Of a stretch of 64,000 nt of DNA, positions 23,374 to 35,800 are shown one piece after another. Position 1 is the first letter of the stretch, and every line of letters starts with the position of its first letter. This stretch comes from Macrostomum lignano (lineage: Eukaryota), in contig NIVC01001054.1 in the NCBI GenBank assembly GCA_002269645.1, forward strand, positions 84,744-148,743. The letters are read 5' to 3'. A model generated the notes under the pieces. It was not told where the DNA came from, searched no databases, and saw only the letters and a list, made by a program, of their open reading frames with translations. A program made the translations under genes and the position numbers.

Positions 23374-25035
23374 GTGTCTAGTTTCGTTTGGGCCACAAAC
23401 GATTGCGTCGACGGAAATTGTGAACTAAGTAAATTTTTGCGCGCCTTTCAGGCATCGAAACAGGAATACGACAGATTGCTTATCTGCCTGCGAATAGTCT
23501 ATGGTCAAGCCGCCTCCATCTTTGGATATACCCAACGGGTTATATTTGGATATACTCATTTGCAGAAAAGCAATCTGTATTCCTGTATCAATGCGGTTGC
23601 GAGGATATAGCATTTTGCAGCCCATTTGGGCCAACGCGCATTGAATTTAATCCAAGATACGTTTGCCAGTGTAACGGAGCTTTTGTCTATGGTAGCAGGG
23701 CTGGCACAGCAGCATTTAATTTGGTTCAACAAGCATCAATTTGGTCCAAACGCTCGTGAGCCATTTGGCAAACTCCTGCCTTCTCGCTACCGTCTGCGGG
23801 TTGTTGCGTACCGCTAGAATGTCAGCGTCTCTACCGACAATTTTCTGTCGCTTTTCCAGAGCTCTGCTGATAGCCGAACTCTGATAACCAACTGGAACTG
23901 TTCCTTCAACTTCTGCTGCATTTTCGGCACCGTCAACAAAGGGTTCGTCTCAACTGCATCGAGCAGCAGTTGGACCTGAGGCTCTCGAGCAACTTGCCTT
24001 GGCGATTGCCCCCCTTTCGCAGGCGATATCTGCCGGCAGATTTTCAACGCGCTGCTGGATGCTGAAAACCATCTTTTCTTTTACATTCAGCAGCCTTTGG
24101 GTGTTCACCTGTCCAGTGCTTCGATCACAAGCCAATGGCATTCGTTTGACAGCCTAGCATATGGTCCACAATTCTGGGGCTGATCTAGCTCCTCCGCAGC
24201 AGTTGCAAATGAAGCTATGGACTAAACTGAATGCTTGTTGGACCAAATTAAATGCCGCTGTGTCAGCCTTGCTACCATAGACAAAAGCTCCGTTACATTG
24301 GCAAACATATCTTGGATTAAATTAAATGCGCGTTAGCCCAAATGGGCTGCAAAAAGCTATATTTTTTATTCAATACAACAAAGCTGATTAAACAGATTCT
24401 TTACATATACGAAAACGGCCGTAACGTGGGCATAATGAAACGTGGGACCAATTGTTCCGCAATAATCGATAAGTAGAGCTAGAATCGACAATAATTACAC
24501 TCACATCGGCCGAATTGCATGATTTGTTCCGCATGGGATCCTCGGGGCAAGCCTCTTCTTCGCTTGGCAGTGGTGGCAGAGCATCATCGTTACTGCATTC
24601 AATGAATCGGATGAACTCCATCAACTCTTCGTCATTCGCCTCGTCACGTCCACCCATACTCAAGTCGCTGAGAAAGTTGACCTCATTTCCAGTCAAGCCG
24701 TCAATGCTTTCAATCGGCAAATTCGACCAATTTATCATTCGTATGAGTGGCATGAATAGGGGTTAGGGCAAACAGAAGAAACAGGAACATGTATCCTCTG
24801 CTGCAGAGTTCCAGCTTATAAAACCACAACTTCATTTAACTTGTTTCGTCTATGGTAATTTCAGACTGTTCCGCTTAACTTTTCGTTCCAAACGTTTTGT
24901 CTATGGCCATCATTTGGCTTGCGCCAAGTGGAAAATGCCTATGACACAAATCCCTAGAATCACTTAGTGAACAATTCCCGTCTGGGAAGTTGTGTCCTAG
25001 CCGTTTTGAATTGGTTTTTGGACGAAACTAGACAC
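23374..25035. mobile_element. DNA transposon with 14-bp perfect TIRs and AATT target-site duplication (Sola1-like, tentative)
   Basis: gtgtctagtttcgt (23374-23387) and acgaaactagacac (25022-25035), flanked by aatt on both sides. Similar subterminal motif gacgg(a/g)aattgt..actaagt at both ends. Confidence 0.75.
23608..24359 (-). mobile_element. Internally deleted Tc1/IS630-like element with ~140-bp TIRs and TA TSD, nested in the previous element
   Basis: 23608-23748 is the reverse complement of ~24218-24359; TA on both flanks. Internal fragments KGGQSPR...LLLDAVETNPLLTVPKMQQKLKEQFQLV and SAISRAL resemble a transposase HTH region; no DDE domain seen. Confidence 0.85.
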
Positions 25036-25044
25036 AATTTCACT

Positions 25045-25140
25045 ATCGAGATTTCACGATTCACACACAACTGCCTTACCGCGTCTCAGCCTACCGGCCT
25101 CGACGCTATGGCAGTTGTGTGTGAATCGTGACCTCTTGAT
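25045..25140. other. ~96-nt hairpin (22-bp perfect stem), TA-flanked; tiny MITE or hairpin RNA
   Basis: tcacgattcacacacaactgcc (25054-25075) and ggcagttgtgtgtgaatcgtga (25110-25131). Confidence 0.7.
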
Positions 25141-26283
25141 AATCATACATAGTTAGGCCCTAGACAAACCCTTTTTTGGAGCGTTCAGAGGTTTTAAAAC
25201 TATTGGCTCACTTGCCTATCGCCGGTCGGCGAGTTCTACCAATCTTTCTCCAATAGTCGCAGTACGGTACAAGAAAAGGAAGAACACAGATGAACGCGAA
25301 CCGAATAGATTTAAAGAGTGATAATCCTAGTAAGAATAGCTAATTGACTTTGACGGTTTAATTTGACAAGTTATACAAAGTTACAAGATTCTTAATACGA
25401 TTCACAGCGCTGATAAATTGACACTGATGATAGCGAGTAATAACGATACAACGATTAACAATAATAATTTAATTAATAACGCAACTGGCAAGCGGATCTC
25501 AGCTTGAAGAAGAAGAGGAACCGAACAGGGCCACGGAGAAGATTCCTAACTACTGGCCTAACCCGGAACCTATACTCGAACGAGAGCCCTGCCAAATTGA
25601 CCGCTCAACGGAGCACTGACTAAAATCTATCAGTGCTGCCCTTCAGTGTGACACTGAGGCCCTCTGGGTCGAGGCCACGTACTTGGTCAAATCCGACAGT
25701 CTCTATCTAGACCGCGCTTAATAGCGACGACTTCAGACAGAAATTTGCCGTAGACGTTACGCTACAAGACTGAAGCGGTCGGACGAGGAACAAAACGCGG
25801 ACCGGGGGTGACGAAATCAAGCGCGTCAAAGCGCGAACCAAAAAAATAGGGCAAAACGGCCGGAAAGTTGAGCAAAACCAAAAGCCGGGGAAAGAGTAGG
25901 AAGGTGAGATCCGATTGCCAAACACACTGTCATTTATAGTCAGAGTCACAACCCCTCACAACCCCCCTCAAGCCGGGTGGTGGTCGTCTGGCCGGCCGCT
26001 CGCTAAACTGAATTGCGCTGTGCCCGCGGCGCCGGGTAGAGTTGGATTTTGCCGCGTGCCAGGGTCCAGGCCGGTTCTGATTGGCTGGCCGCGCAAAGCC
26101 GGGGTTCGGAGAAAAACTCAACCCTCCGCTGAGTCACAATTGGCGTCTGACTTCTAGCCTGTTTACGCAGAAAACAAACTCTAACTAACAAGAAAAAAGT
26201 ACATTAGACCGCGTGACTAAATTGACTCAATGCAACTGTATCTTTCTTTTGTGTTAAGATTCTATACAGAACTTACACAGAAT

Positions 26284-26395
26284 TAGGGATTCCAAAATCC
26301 CGACATTTTACAATCCCGGGATTGAATAGTCCCGAAATCCCGATGCTGTTGAAATCCCGGGATTCAAAATCCCGGAATCCCGGTGCTTTTGCAGT
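26284..26395. mobile_element. Possible DNA-transposon terminus with clustered atcccg/cgggat subterminal repeats
   Basis: tagggattccaaaatcccg followed by repeated aatcccgg(ga) motifs. No partner end found. Confidence 0.35.
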
Positions 26396-26788
26396 GACAG
26401 AATGCTCAATCAGCGTTTTTTTAGAATAAAACGAGTAGAAATAGATGCTCGCTCACACTACTTTGTCGATGATGAGGAATGAGTAGACATAGACTAAAGC
26501 TGCGATTTCGATAGCTTCTTTTTTAAAAAGGAATATACAAGCGCTACGAGCCGCTGCAGCAAATAAAATACTACAAGTGTGAATAATGAGGAGTTTATTA
26601 CTGGTAAATAATTATGCCCTAACCAAAATAAACAGGCAATTCAGCGGCTAGACTATTGAATAAAATGCAGCAAAAGATACGGCATCACAATTGGCTTGGC
26701 TCGCTAATCAAGCAATGGGAAATAAGCAAACCCCGGATAAGCAAAGGCAATTAGAGCACAAATTAGTAACAGGAACTTACCGGCAGCT

Positions 26789-26792
<4 letters not shown>

Positions 26793-26829
<37 letters not shown>

Positions 26830-26830
26830 A
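26793..26830. repeat. (GA)n microsatellite
   Basis: Direct sequence. Confidence 0.95.
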
Positions 26831-26867
26831 GGTCACGGCGTGTTTAAAAAATAATTAATTTAGTATG

Positions 26868-26905
26868 GGCTACCGGTTTCGAGCCTCTGGGCTCTTCGTC
26901 AGGCC
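26868..26905 (-). ncRNA. Minimal type I hammerhead ribozyme at the 3' end of the Penelope-like element
   Basis: Minus strand: GGC CUGACGA A GAGCC CAGA GGCUC GAAA CCG GUA GCC. Conserved CUGANGA and GAAA boxes, 5-bp stem II, GUA cleavage triplet, GGC/GCC stem I. Confidence 0.8.
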
Positions 26906-28070
26906 AAAAATCAGTGTTTCATGCAGTGCAAGTTGGTCTTTTAAGTATTAGTTTTCTCAGTCTAATAAAATCGCTGAGCTGCTGTACATATGAGGGGTGT
27001 ACATTTAAACTGGGTTCATTCTAGCTCTAACTTGTCCCAGAGGCTTTCAACCGGTCAGTTTAAGCGACGGTATATTTAGTATATTAATTTTTTTTTCGAA
27101 GTACGATTAAATAAAATGCGGTATTGAGGGTGGGAGAATAAAAATCGATATTTGTGCGTACAGTCAATCAGTTTGAATAAAATACACGACAAAGTGAATA
27201 AATATTGTAGTTCTATAGGTAAAAAGAGCGCATTGGTTAAAACGATTCAATGGTTTCCTGGCTGGGACTTAAACTTATTGGGAGCCAGGAGGCTCTGTAA
27301 ATTTCGTTGCCGTGTAAATGCGGGCAGTATGCGGGAGCCTGGTTTATTTTGTAGCTTCTCAAAGTTTTTAGCAATCTCGTTGGCAAGCCAGACCGTAGAT
27401 GGGTGAAAAGGAAGGACCAGTGGAATGGGTCGGAGAAGATGATTGTCAACCCTGATGTTCGTACCTGGCGGTTTGTCAGTCCCCAGTTTTTTAATCCAGA
27501 TTTCTTCCCTTAGTTCGATTTTGTTGTTATTAAGAACTTGTTCGATAGCAATGGAGACAAAGTTTGCAATCGAGTGATTGGGGGTGAGAAAGTGCTCAGA
27601 TCCCGAAGTAACGACTCTCCTGTTAATATTTGACCTGTGCTGGTTCATTCTATCTCTCATTGTTCTTCTAGTCATACCTACATAGAGGATTTTCCCAGGG
27701 TGGCACTGGTTGCAGGAGATGCCATAGATGATGCTCTTGGAGCCACAGGACAGGCTCTGAGAGATTAAAAAACCGGAAGCCGGTTTCAGTCCCTGGGCGG
27801 AGAGAGCAGGCGGTGAGTGGGTGCAGCATTTGCAGCGGGATGACCCACAGGGATGGAACCCTTTGGGAAGCAGACCCAGATTGGTCGTTGGTCCCGCAGT
27901 CCAGTTCATGAGTTTGAGGACCTCCTTTTTGCAGTTTCTAAGAAAAATCTTCGAGTAGCCTAATTGCTTGAGTTCCGATTTTAAAGAATTGAAAGCGTCG
28001 TTGAAAGACAGTCATCACAGATACGGGCGTACCGAAGAACTTGGGATTTTACTACCCCCTTGAAGGTGTG

Positions 28071-29252
28071 TGTAGTGTGAGCATCTTTGCGTGTATTTTG
28101 TTGTAAATTGACTGCATTAGTTTCTATATTGTTATTGAATTATTATTTTGCTTTAGTTTAGTCATACGTTTTTGGTGTACTTTTTCCTTGTTAGTTAGAA
28201 TCAATTTTGCGTAAACAGGCTAGAAGTCAGACGTCATTTGTGACTCAGCGGAGGGTTGAGTTTGTCTGCGAACCCCAGCTTTGCGCGGTCAGCCAATCAG
28301 AACCGGCCTGGACCCTGGCACGCGGCAAGTTTCAATTCTACCCGGCGCCGCGGGCACAGTGCAATTCGGCTTAAGCAAGCGGCCGGCCAGACGACCACCA
28401 CCCGGCTTGAGGGGGGTTTTGAGGGGTTGTGACTCTGACTATATATGAAAGTGTGTATTTGGCAATCGGATCTCGCCTTCTCTCTCCCTTTCCCCGGTTT
28501 TGTCTTGTCTCCCGGCCGGTGGCCTAGCTGTTCCCTTTGGTTCGCGCTTTGAGGCGCCTGAATTCATCACCCCGGTCCGTATTTTTGTTCCCGCCCAACC
28601 GCAGTAGTCTTGTGGCGTAACGTCTACGGCAAATTTCTGTCTGAAGTCGTCGCTATCAAGCGCGGTTAGATAGAGACTGTCGGATCTGATCAAGTACGCG
28701 GCCTCGACCCCGAGGGCCTCAGTGTTACACTGAATTGGGCAGTGCCGATAGAATTTAGTCGGTACTCCGTTGAACGGTCGATTCGGCAGGGCTCTCGTTT
28801 GAGTGTAGGTTCTGGCTTAGGCCAGGGGTTAGGAGTCTTCTCCGTGGTCGTGTTCGGTTCTTCTTCTTCTTCTTCAAGCTGAGATCCGCTTGTCAGTGCG
28901 TAATATAATCATTATTATTAATCGTTATTATTCGTTATCATCAGTCTAATTATCTGCGTCGCAAATTTGCTTGAATCCTGTAGCTTGAATAACCGAATTA
29001 AATCGTCTAGCCAATTATCAGTTTGTATCATAGGATTATCACTCTCTAAATCTTTCGGTTTGTGTTCCCTCGTGTTCTTTCTTTTCTTGTACTGTACCTG
29101 CGGCTATTGGAGAAAGACTGGTAGGACTCGCCGACCGGCGATAGGCGATTAGAATCAATAGCTTTAAAATCTCTGACGCTCCAAGTAGGTTTGTCTAGGG
29201 CCTAAATAATTGCTTACCGTGCATGCTATTATCTAATTGCCTATTTATCACA
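28071..29252 (+). mobile_element. Solo LTR (1182 bp, TG...CA) with 4-bp TGTG target-site duplication
   Basis: Removing tgtagtg...tatcaca plus one tgtg restores the Penelope frame FHPSHTFKG. CCAAT near 28292 and a TATA-like motif near 28440. Confidence 0.85.
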
Positions 29253-32200
29253 TGTGTGACGGATGGAAGGACTGTCGGTGCAACAATCTATGGGTGTCTG
29301 TTTCTTTCAAAAACAGTTGTGTTGTGAAGCGGTTTTCAGCTTTCTTGATGGTCATGTCAAGGAAACTGACCTCAGTTGATGAGGAGCTGACGGTGAGTTT
29401 GATGTTGGGGTTGATTGAATTTAGGTGTCGAACAAATTCTGTCAGAGCTTCAGCCGGGTGGTTCCAGTGAATGAATATATCATCTATGTACCTAAAATAA
29501 ATTTTCGGCTTATAAAGAGCAGTTCTCAGGGCAGTTTCCTCCCAGAGGCTCATGAACAGACAGGCATAGCTGGGCGCAAATATGCGTCCCATGGCTGTAC
29601 CTCTAAGTTGTAGGAAAATCATTTTGTCAAATTCAAAGTCATTCCTGTACAAACATAGTTCCAGTAGCTTTATTAACTCAGCATCCGGTCTAATGGGATC
29701 CGGGTATCGGTTAAAGAATTCCTGGATCGTTGCAATACCCTGGTCTATAGGGAGAATGGAGTACAGACTCTGGACATCACAGGTTGCCAGAGTCGAACCT
29801 TCCGTGCAGCTTTTATCCATAATGTGTGCCTTGAACTCATAGGAGTCCTTAACGAAAGTGGGTTGCACTTGGGCAATCGGTTTTAGAAAGAAGTCTATGT
29901 ACTTTTCTGCCCCAATTGCTTCAGAACTGCATCCGCTAACAATAGGTCTGCCTGCTGGGACCCGAAAGGGGATCAGCCAGGTGGCCGGGTCCTTGTGAAT
30001 TTTTGGGAGCAGGTAGAAATGCCGGGGACGGAAGTTCTCTCCGGGACAAAGAAAAGAAAACTGTTTCTTAGATATGAGCTTTCTGTTACATAAATCGAGG
30101 AAGATCCCCCTGATAATTCCCGCAGTCTCGGGTTGCAATGGCTGGTCCAGCTGCTGATAGGCATTGGTGTCCAGCATTTGGTTGTAGGCTGCGAATTCGT
30201 AATCCTTGGGGTGCATGATGACCACTGCGTTACCTTTGTCCGCCTTTTTTATTAGGACGGAGCTGTTTCGCTTGAGCCCCTGAATCGCTCTGGTCTCTGG
30301 TGCCTCTAGGTTGCCTTTGATCTGTACCGTTGTCAAATTCTCTACCAGTTTTTGGTTCTCAAGCACAAACAAGTTGCACTGATCACTTCTAAGTCTGGGG
30401 GAGACCTCCTTCACTGATTTCCCGGTGAAAGGGGGCGGACTGGTATTGGCGAGACCCCTCTTTTTGAAAAAGTCTTTCCAGAAAAGTTTACGATGAAATT
30501 CTGTCATGCAGTTCCTCAACTCATCGAAATCGAGGGCTTGGGTTGGGATAAAATTGAGTCCCCTATCTAGCAGCCTCGTCTCAGACTCGGAGAGTTTGAA
30601 GGTGGGGTGTAGATTCAAAATGTTGCCTTCCAGTTTGGGAGGCCTACAGTAGTCAGCTAGTTTAAAGTTCTCAGCCAGGAAGCCAGCGCCAGTATAAAGT
30701 CAGGCGCTGAGAAGGATACAATTGGTTTAAGAGGAGGAGAGGCAATAAAAGTAACAGGTGAGACTTTCTTACTCAAAAATTGAGTCAAATCTTCATCGCT
30801 GGCAAAGGGCGGAACCAGAAGGATCTTACGTGCCAGACTGTCCGCTCTCAGTAGATCGATAGCCTCAGAGAGCGGCTCTCGCCAGTGGTCTGTGCTGAGC
30901 AGCTCGTCCGGCAGGACCAGCACCGTTGACCGAGCGCACTGCCGGTTCCGCAGGGCGGCAGACCTCAGTAGAGATGGTAAGGCTGACAGTGAGTATACAT
31001 GCACCTCTGTGATTGCCGGCAGTTTGAGGCCCTCGAAAGGCTTTGGGCAGAGGACCAGGTTCCGGCAGTCCCTGCTGATGATGAGCGAACCGGGCTGCTC
31101 AAAGGTGCTGGGTGAGTCATTCAGATGCGGCCTGTGGCGTTCCGGACCACCAGGGTCGTTTCCATGACTCGCTCTATCTGATTGGCTGCCGACGAAATGA
31201 CGTCAGAATGAGTCATGATGAGAAGCATGAGACCGGCATAGCAACATGAGAAATTGGGAAATTGCGCAATCCGGAGGTGGGGTGGGGGATAATTGGGCAG
31301 CGGGAGGTCGAGAAAGTGTTGCGCAAGCAAACATTGAGAACAATGGGTCTGGGTTCGAGAACAAAGGAAATGGAAATCGGGGATAATTGGCGAGAACCGA
31401 GAACAATAGAAAAGCAAACATTGGGGAAAAGGTGCTATTAAGGTGCGAAAACGAGAACAAAAAAAATAAAAAACGAGAACAATAGAAGCGGAGGTGGGGT
31501 TGGTGTCGCATGAGAAATCTTGGGAGGAGAACATTGGCATGAGAAGAGGTTGCGCAAGAGGGGGTGATGAGTCATCGATGAGTCATCGAGGGGAAGGAGG
31601 GGGTCAGAGGCCTTGCGTCACCGTTTGGGAGTTTATTAAGGGGTGGGGTGACGTCGAGCGCCTAAAGTACTGTAAGTAGGCACGGGATGAGAGGGGGACA
31701 GCAAATGAGACAAAAAGAAGGGAAGCGGGAGAAGTACATGGTAGATAGGGTAGAGCGCATGGAAAACGGGGAGGCGGATGAGTTGCAGTAAGAAAAGGGG
31801 GCTCCGGAAAGGCGGAGTGGGAGACAGAGACGAGACAGCAGGGGGATGTAGCAGAGCGGGAGTCTGCAGGCCTGGTCAAAGACCTGGCCCAGTCTCGACG
31901 GCTCTGCCCAGTAGGTGCACGGAGATTGGAGGTCTTTCGAAAAATTTTCCTTGCCATATCCCGCGACCAGAGCGTGGTTACATCAAATGGAATGCACCAA
32001 ATTAGCGGTGGCATGGTTAAGTTTCGCCCATAGACAAAACCGAATTTTTAAACGCGCAGCCGGGAGCCCCCATTGGCCACAGACAAATTGCTGGAGTTCA
32101 GTCCGTGGAGCAGGTCGTGGGGCAGAGGGATGATAATTCGCTCAGTAGCAGCCGGAATTACGCTAGCATATTGACGTGCAAATTAGCAGAGCTGATTTTA

Positions 32201-32365
32201 TAAGCCAAGACTACCGCACTGCAACACCACTTGCATAGCAACTAATTAATAAGCTATTGTGGAGTTTTTTGCTGTCTGCATTGTTCTATATAGTGAGCGA
32301 ATCTTAATCCAGGTAAGCAAATAATTTATATTATGCCTTGTGTTTTACTGCCTTTCATTGCATTT

Positions 32366-32758
<393 letters not shown>

Positions 32759-32821
32759 CTGTTCCAGAGTATCCCAATCTAATTCTGCTCGCACCGCACA
32801 GACCAGCCAGCAATCAAGGCC

Positions 32822-35800
32822 ATGCCAAGCAGGCGCTGCTCACCGCGGAGGCCCCTGGGTTCAACCAGCTTGTCGCTGGCGCTGCTCGCGCTCCTCTGCT
32901 GCTCTGCAGCGAGCGGCGCCGATGACAAGGACGACAAGTGCCACCAGCGCCTGGACGTCGTGGTCTGCGTTGACGCGTCCTCGTCGTCGAACGCCGCCGA
33001 GTTCGAAAAGCTGAAGCCATTCCTCCGCCAGCTGCCCAGCCGGTTCAAGGTGTCGCAGACGAAGACCCGAATGGCTCTGGTGACCTACGCCCAGCACGCC
33101 CGTCTCGTGCTGGACTTTAATGACACGGTGACGGCAGAGGACTTTGTGAACGCTGTGAACCGGCTGGAGTTTGTGGGCGGCAAGACGGACTTCGAGGCCC
33201 CAGTGAAGCTGGTGTGGGACCGGCTGTTGCCCCAGCTGAGGCCGAAGCAAGCCATGTTCAACTTGATGTTGGTGATGGACGGCCGACAGGAAGACATCTT
33301 GGACAAGTACCCCGAGCCGAACGCTCTAAGCATGGCAAACGCCCGACAACACGTGTTCCGCATGAAGATGAAGAGAATCGGATTTCACGTGATCGGCATC
33401 GGTAGTCCCTGGCACAGGTGAGCAGAGTAGCAGATTTAACAGCAGACCAGACAGGGTTCGATTCCCCACAACTTTACGCTGCTCAGAATGAATGTGATCA
33501 TGCCTGACAGAGTCGGTGCATATCAAAATCATTGTCATTGGTCCATATAGGCTACTAAGAGTAGAAATGTGAGCCCTTTAATATTTTCATTACAATGCAA
33601 CGTTGTCACAGATTAAACAAGTCGCACTAATTTTTTCCCAGGAGGCTGCTCTTCACAATGCAGGGCTTCAACTGCCGTCTGTCTCTTGGTATTGACAAAG
33701 CGTTCGAGGTATCGAGGGCTCTGAACTATCGCCGAGTCTGCGGCGACTGCAGGTTCTTGAAGACAAGCAAGTACACTGGGCCTTGTATGGACGGCGTTCG
33801 CTACTCTTACGAGAGCAAGATATCAAAAGACTTCACCTTGCCTACCCCCATGAGGTGCAGGATAAACCTTTCGCGGAAAGTAGAAAGCTGCAGTGAGTTT
33901 TGAAGTTTTACTTTTTAGTTGCCTGTATTGATTGCGGCTATTTACTAGTAAGGTGAATGTTGTGGGATCGGGGTACTGTATCGTGGTGGATACTGTGAGG
34001 TGTTGGGTCCTGTGAGGTGTTGGGTGCTGTGAGGTGTTGGGTGCTGTGGGGTGACGGGTGCTGTGAGGTGTTGGGTGCTGTGGGGTGGCGGGTGCAGTGG
34101 GGTGGCGGGTTGCTGTGGGGTGGTGGTTGCAGTAAGGTGGTGGCTGCCGTGAGGTGGTGGCTGCTGTGGGGTGGTGGGTGCTGTGGGGAGGTGGGTGCTG
34201 TGAGGTGTTGGGTGCTGTGGGATGGTGGGTGCAGTGAGGGGGTGGGTGCAGCTGGGTATTGGGTGCAGTTGAGTGGTGAGTGCAGTGGGGTGGTTAGTGC
34301 TGTGGGAAATTGTGTGCTGTGGGGTGGTGGGTGCAGTGGGGTGGTGGGTGCAGTGGGGAGGTGGGTGCAGTGGGGTGGTGGGTGCAGTTAGGGGGTGGGT
34401 GCAGTGGGGTGGTGGGTGCAGTGGAGTGGTGAGTGCAGTGCGGTGGTGGGTGCTGTGGGAAATTGTGTGCTGTGGGGTGGTGGGTGCAGTGGGGTGGTGG
34501 GTGCAGTGGGGTGGTGGGTGCAGTTAGGGGGTGGGTGCAGTGGGGTGGTGGGTGCAGTGGGGTGGTGGGTGCAGTTAGGGGGTGGGTGCAGTGGGGTGGT
34601 GGGTGCAGTGGCGTGGTGAGTGCAGTGCGGTGGTGGGTGCTTTGGGAAATTGTGTGCTGTGGGGTGGTGGGTGCAGTGAGATGGCGATGCTCTGAGTTGC
34701 CAGGTGCCGTGTTATGGTGGGTGCTGTGGTTCAGTGGTGGCTTGGAGGAGGGTTTTGTGCCGCATCATGAGTCACCTGTGCACAAACTGTTTACCAATAA
34801 AACTGTTTTGCAGAAGAGAGTGGTCAGAGCTGCAGCAAGGTGCAGATGTCGGTTAGCGCCTGCGATGATAAGAAACGTGCATCCATCGTGAGCTCGTGGA
34901 CCTACTTTGAAAATCGTCGCATGAAATGCCACACGCATAACATTGTTGATTACGTGTTTTGCAGTAAGTGATGGACTTGCCTATCGATACAGCTACCATC
35001 TATCTACCCTCAGAAACCCGGATTCACCTACTTACAAACTTTTCTCCCTATAGACATGACCAGCACCTGTCAAAGCAAGGCCCCAGCCGATATCGCACTT
35101 GTGCTGGACATCACCCGGTCCGAGGCAGCCGACTTTCAGAAGCTGAAAGACGCCGCTAAAGCCATCATTGGCTTCTTTGACATTGGCCGAAGCGACAGCC
35201 CCGTGAAAGTCGCCATTTTCACTTTTTACTCTGTTGAGCCAGTTAAACAGGTTTTAAGTCTGGGCGACAAGAAGACCAAAGAAGAAATTCTGGCAGCCAT
35301 CGACAAGATTACCATGGTAGCCGAATCAGCAAGCAGGGACGCTTACCCTGCCATCGAACAGGCCATAAATCATTTGAAAAACGGCTACGGCTCAAAGAGT
35401 CACCAGAATAATCACCTGGTGCTCATAACTACAGGAAACAACGTCGTTATTTCAAGTCAGTTCAGAGTTTACAAGCTGCTGGCTGAGGAGTCCGTCACCG
35501 CCTACGCTATTGGGGTGACCAGCCATGCGCATTCGTGAGTGTTCAGCGATCCCACACTGATCCCACACTCATCCCACACTCATCCCACACTGATCCCATA
35601 CTCATCCCACACTCATACCACACTCATCCCTCAATGATACCACAATGATCCCACACTGATCCCAAACTGATCCCAAACTGATCCCACACTGATCCCACTC
35701 GGATCCCAAACTGATCCTAAACTGATCCCACACCGATCCCACACCGATCCTACACTGATCCCACACTGATCCCACACTGATCTCAAACTGATTCCACACT

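Larger units (their letters stand above)
23330..26230 (-). mobile_element. LTR copy related to 28071-29252 in inverted orientation, split by insertions (23330-23373 and ~25152-26230)
   Basis: tgtgataagtataattaaataaacagcatgcacgctaagcaatt (23330) matches the reverse complement of 29205-29252. 25155-26220 matches the reverse complement of 28150-29205 with substitutions. Confidence 0.8.
26850..30660 (-). mobile_element. Penelope-like retrotransposon: RT (29248-30618) and GIY-YIG endonuclease (27247-27909), interrupted by a solo LTR
   Basis: LLDRGLNFIP, YLLPKIHK, RPIVS, DVQSLYS, GTAMG, RYIDD, FHPSH|TFKGVVKSQVLRYARIC; GIY-YIG: IIYGISC...YVGMT...RMNQH. The 5' UTR may extend toward ~31980. Confidence 0.93.

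Noticed and set aside
25152-29205. Inverted ~1 kb repeats as Penelope pseudo-LTRs
   Set aside because: The right copy has TG...CA ends and a TSD inside the Penelope ORF, so it is an independent solo LTR.
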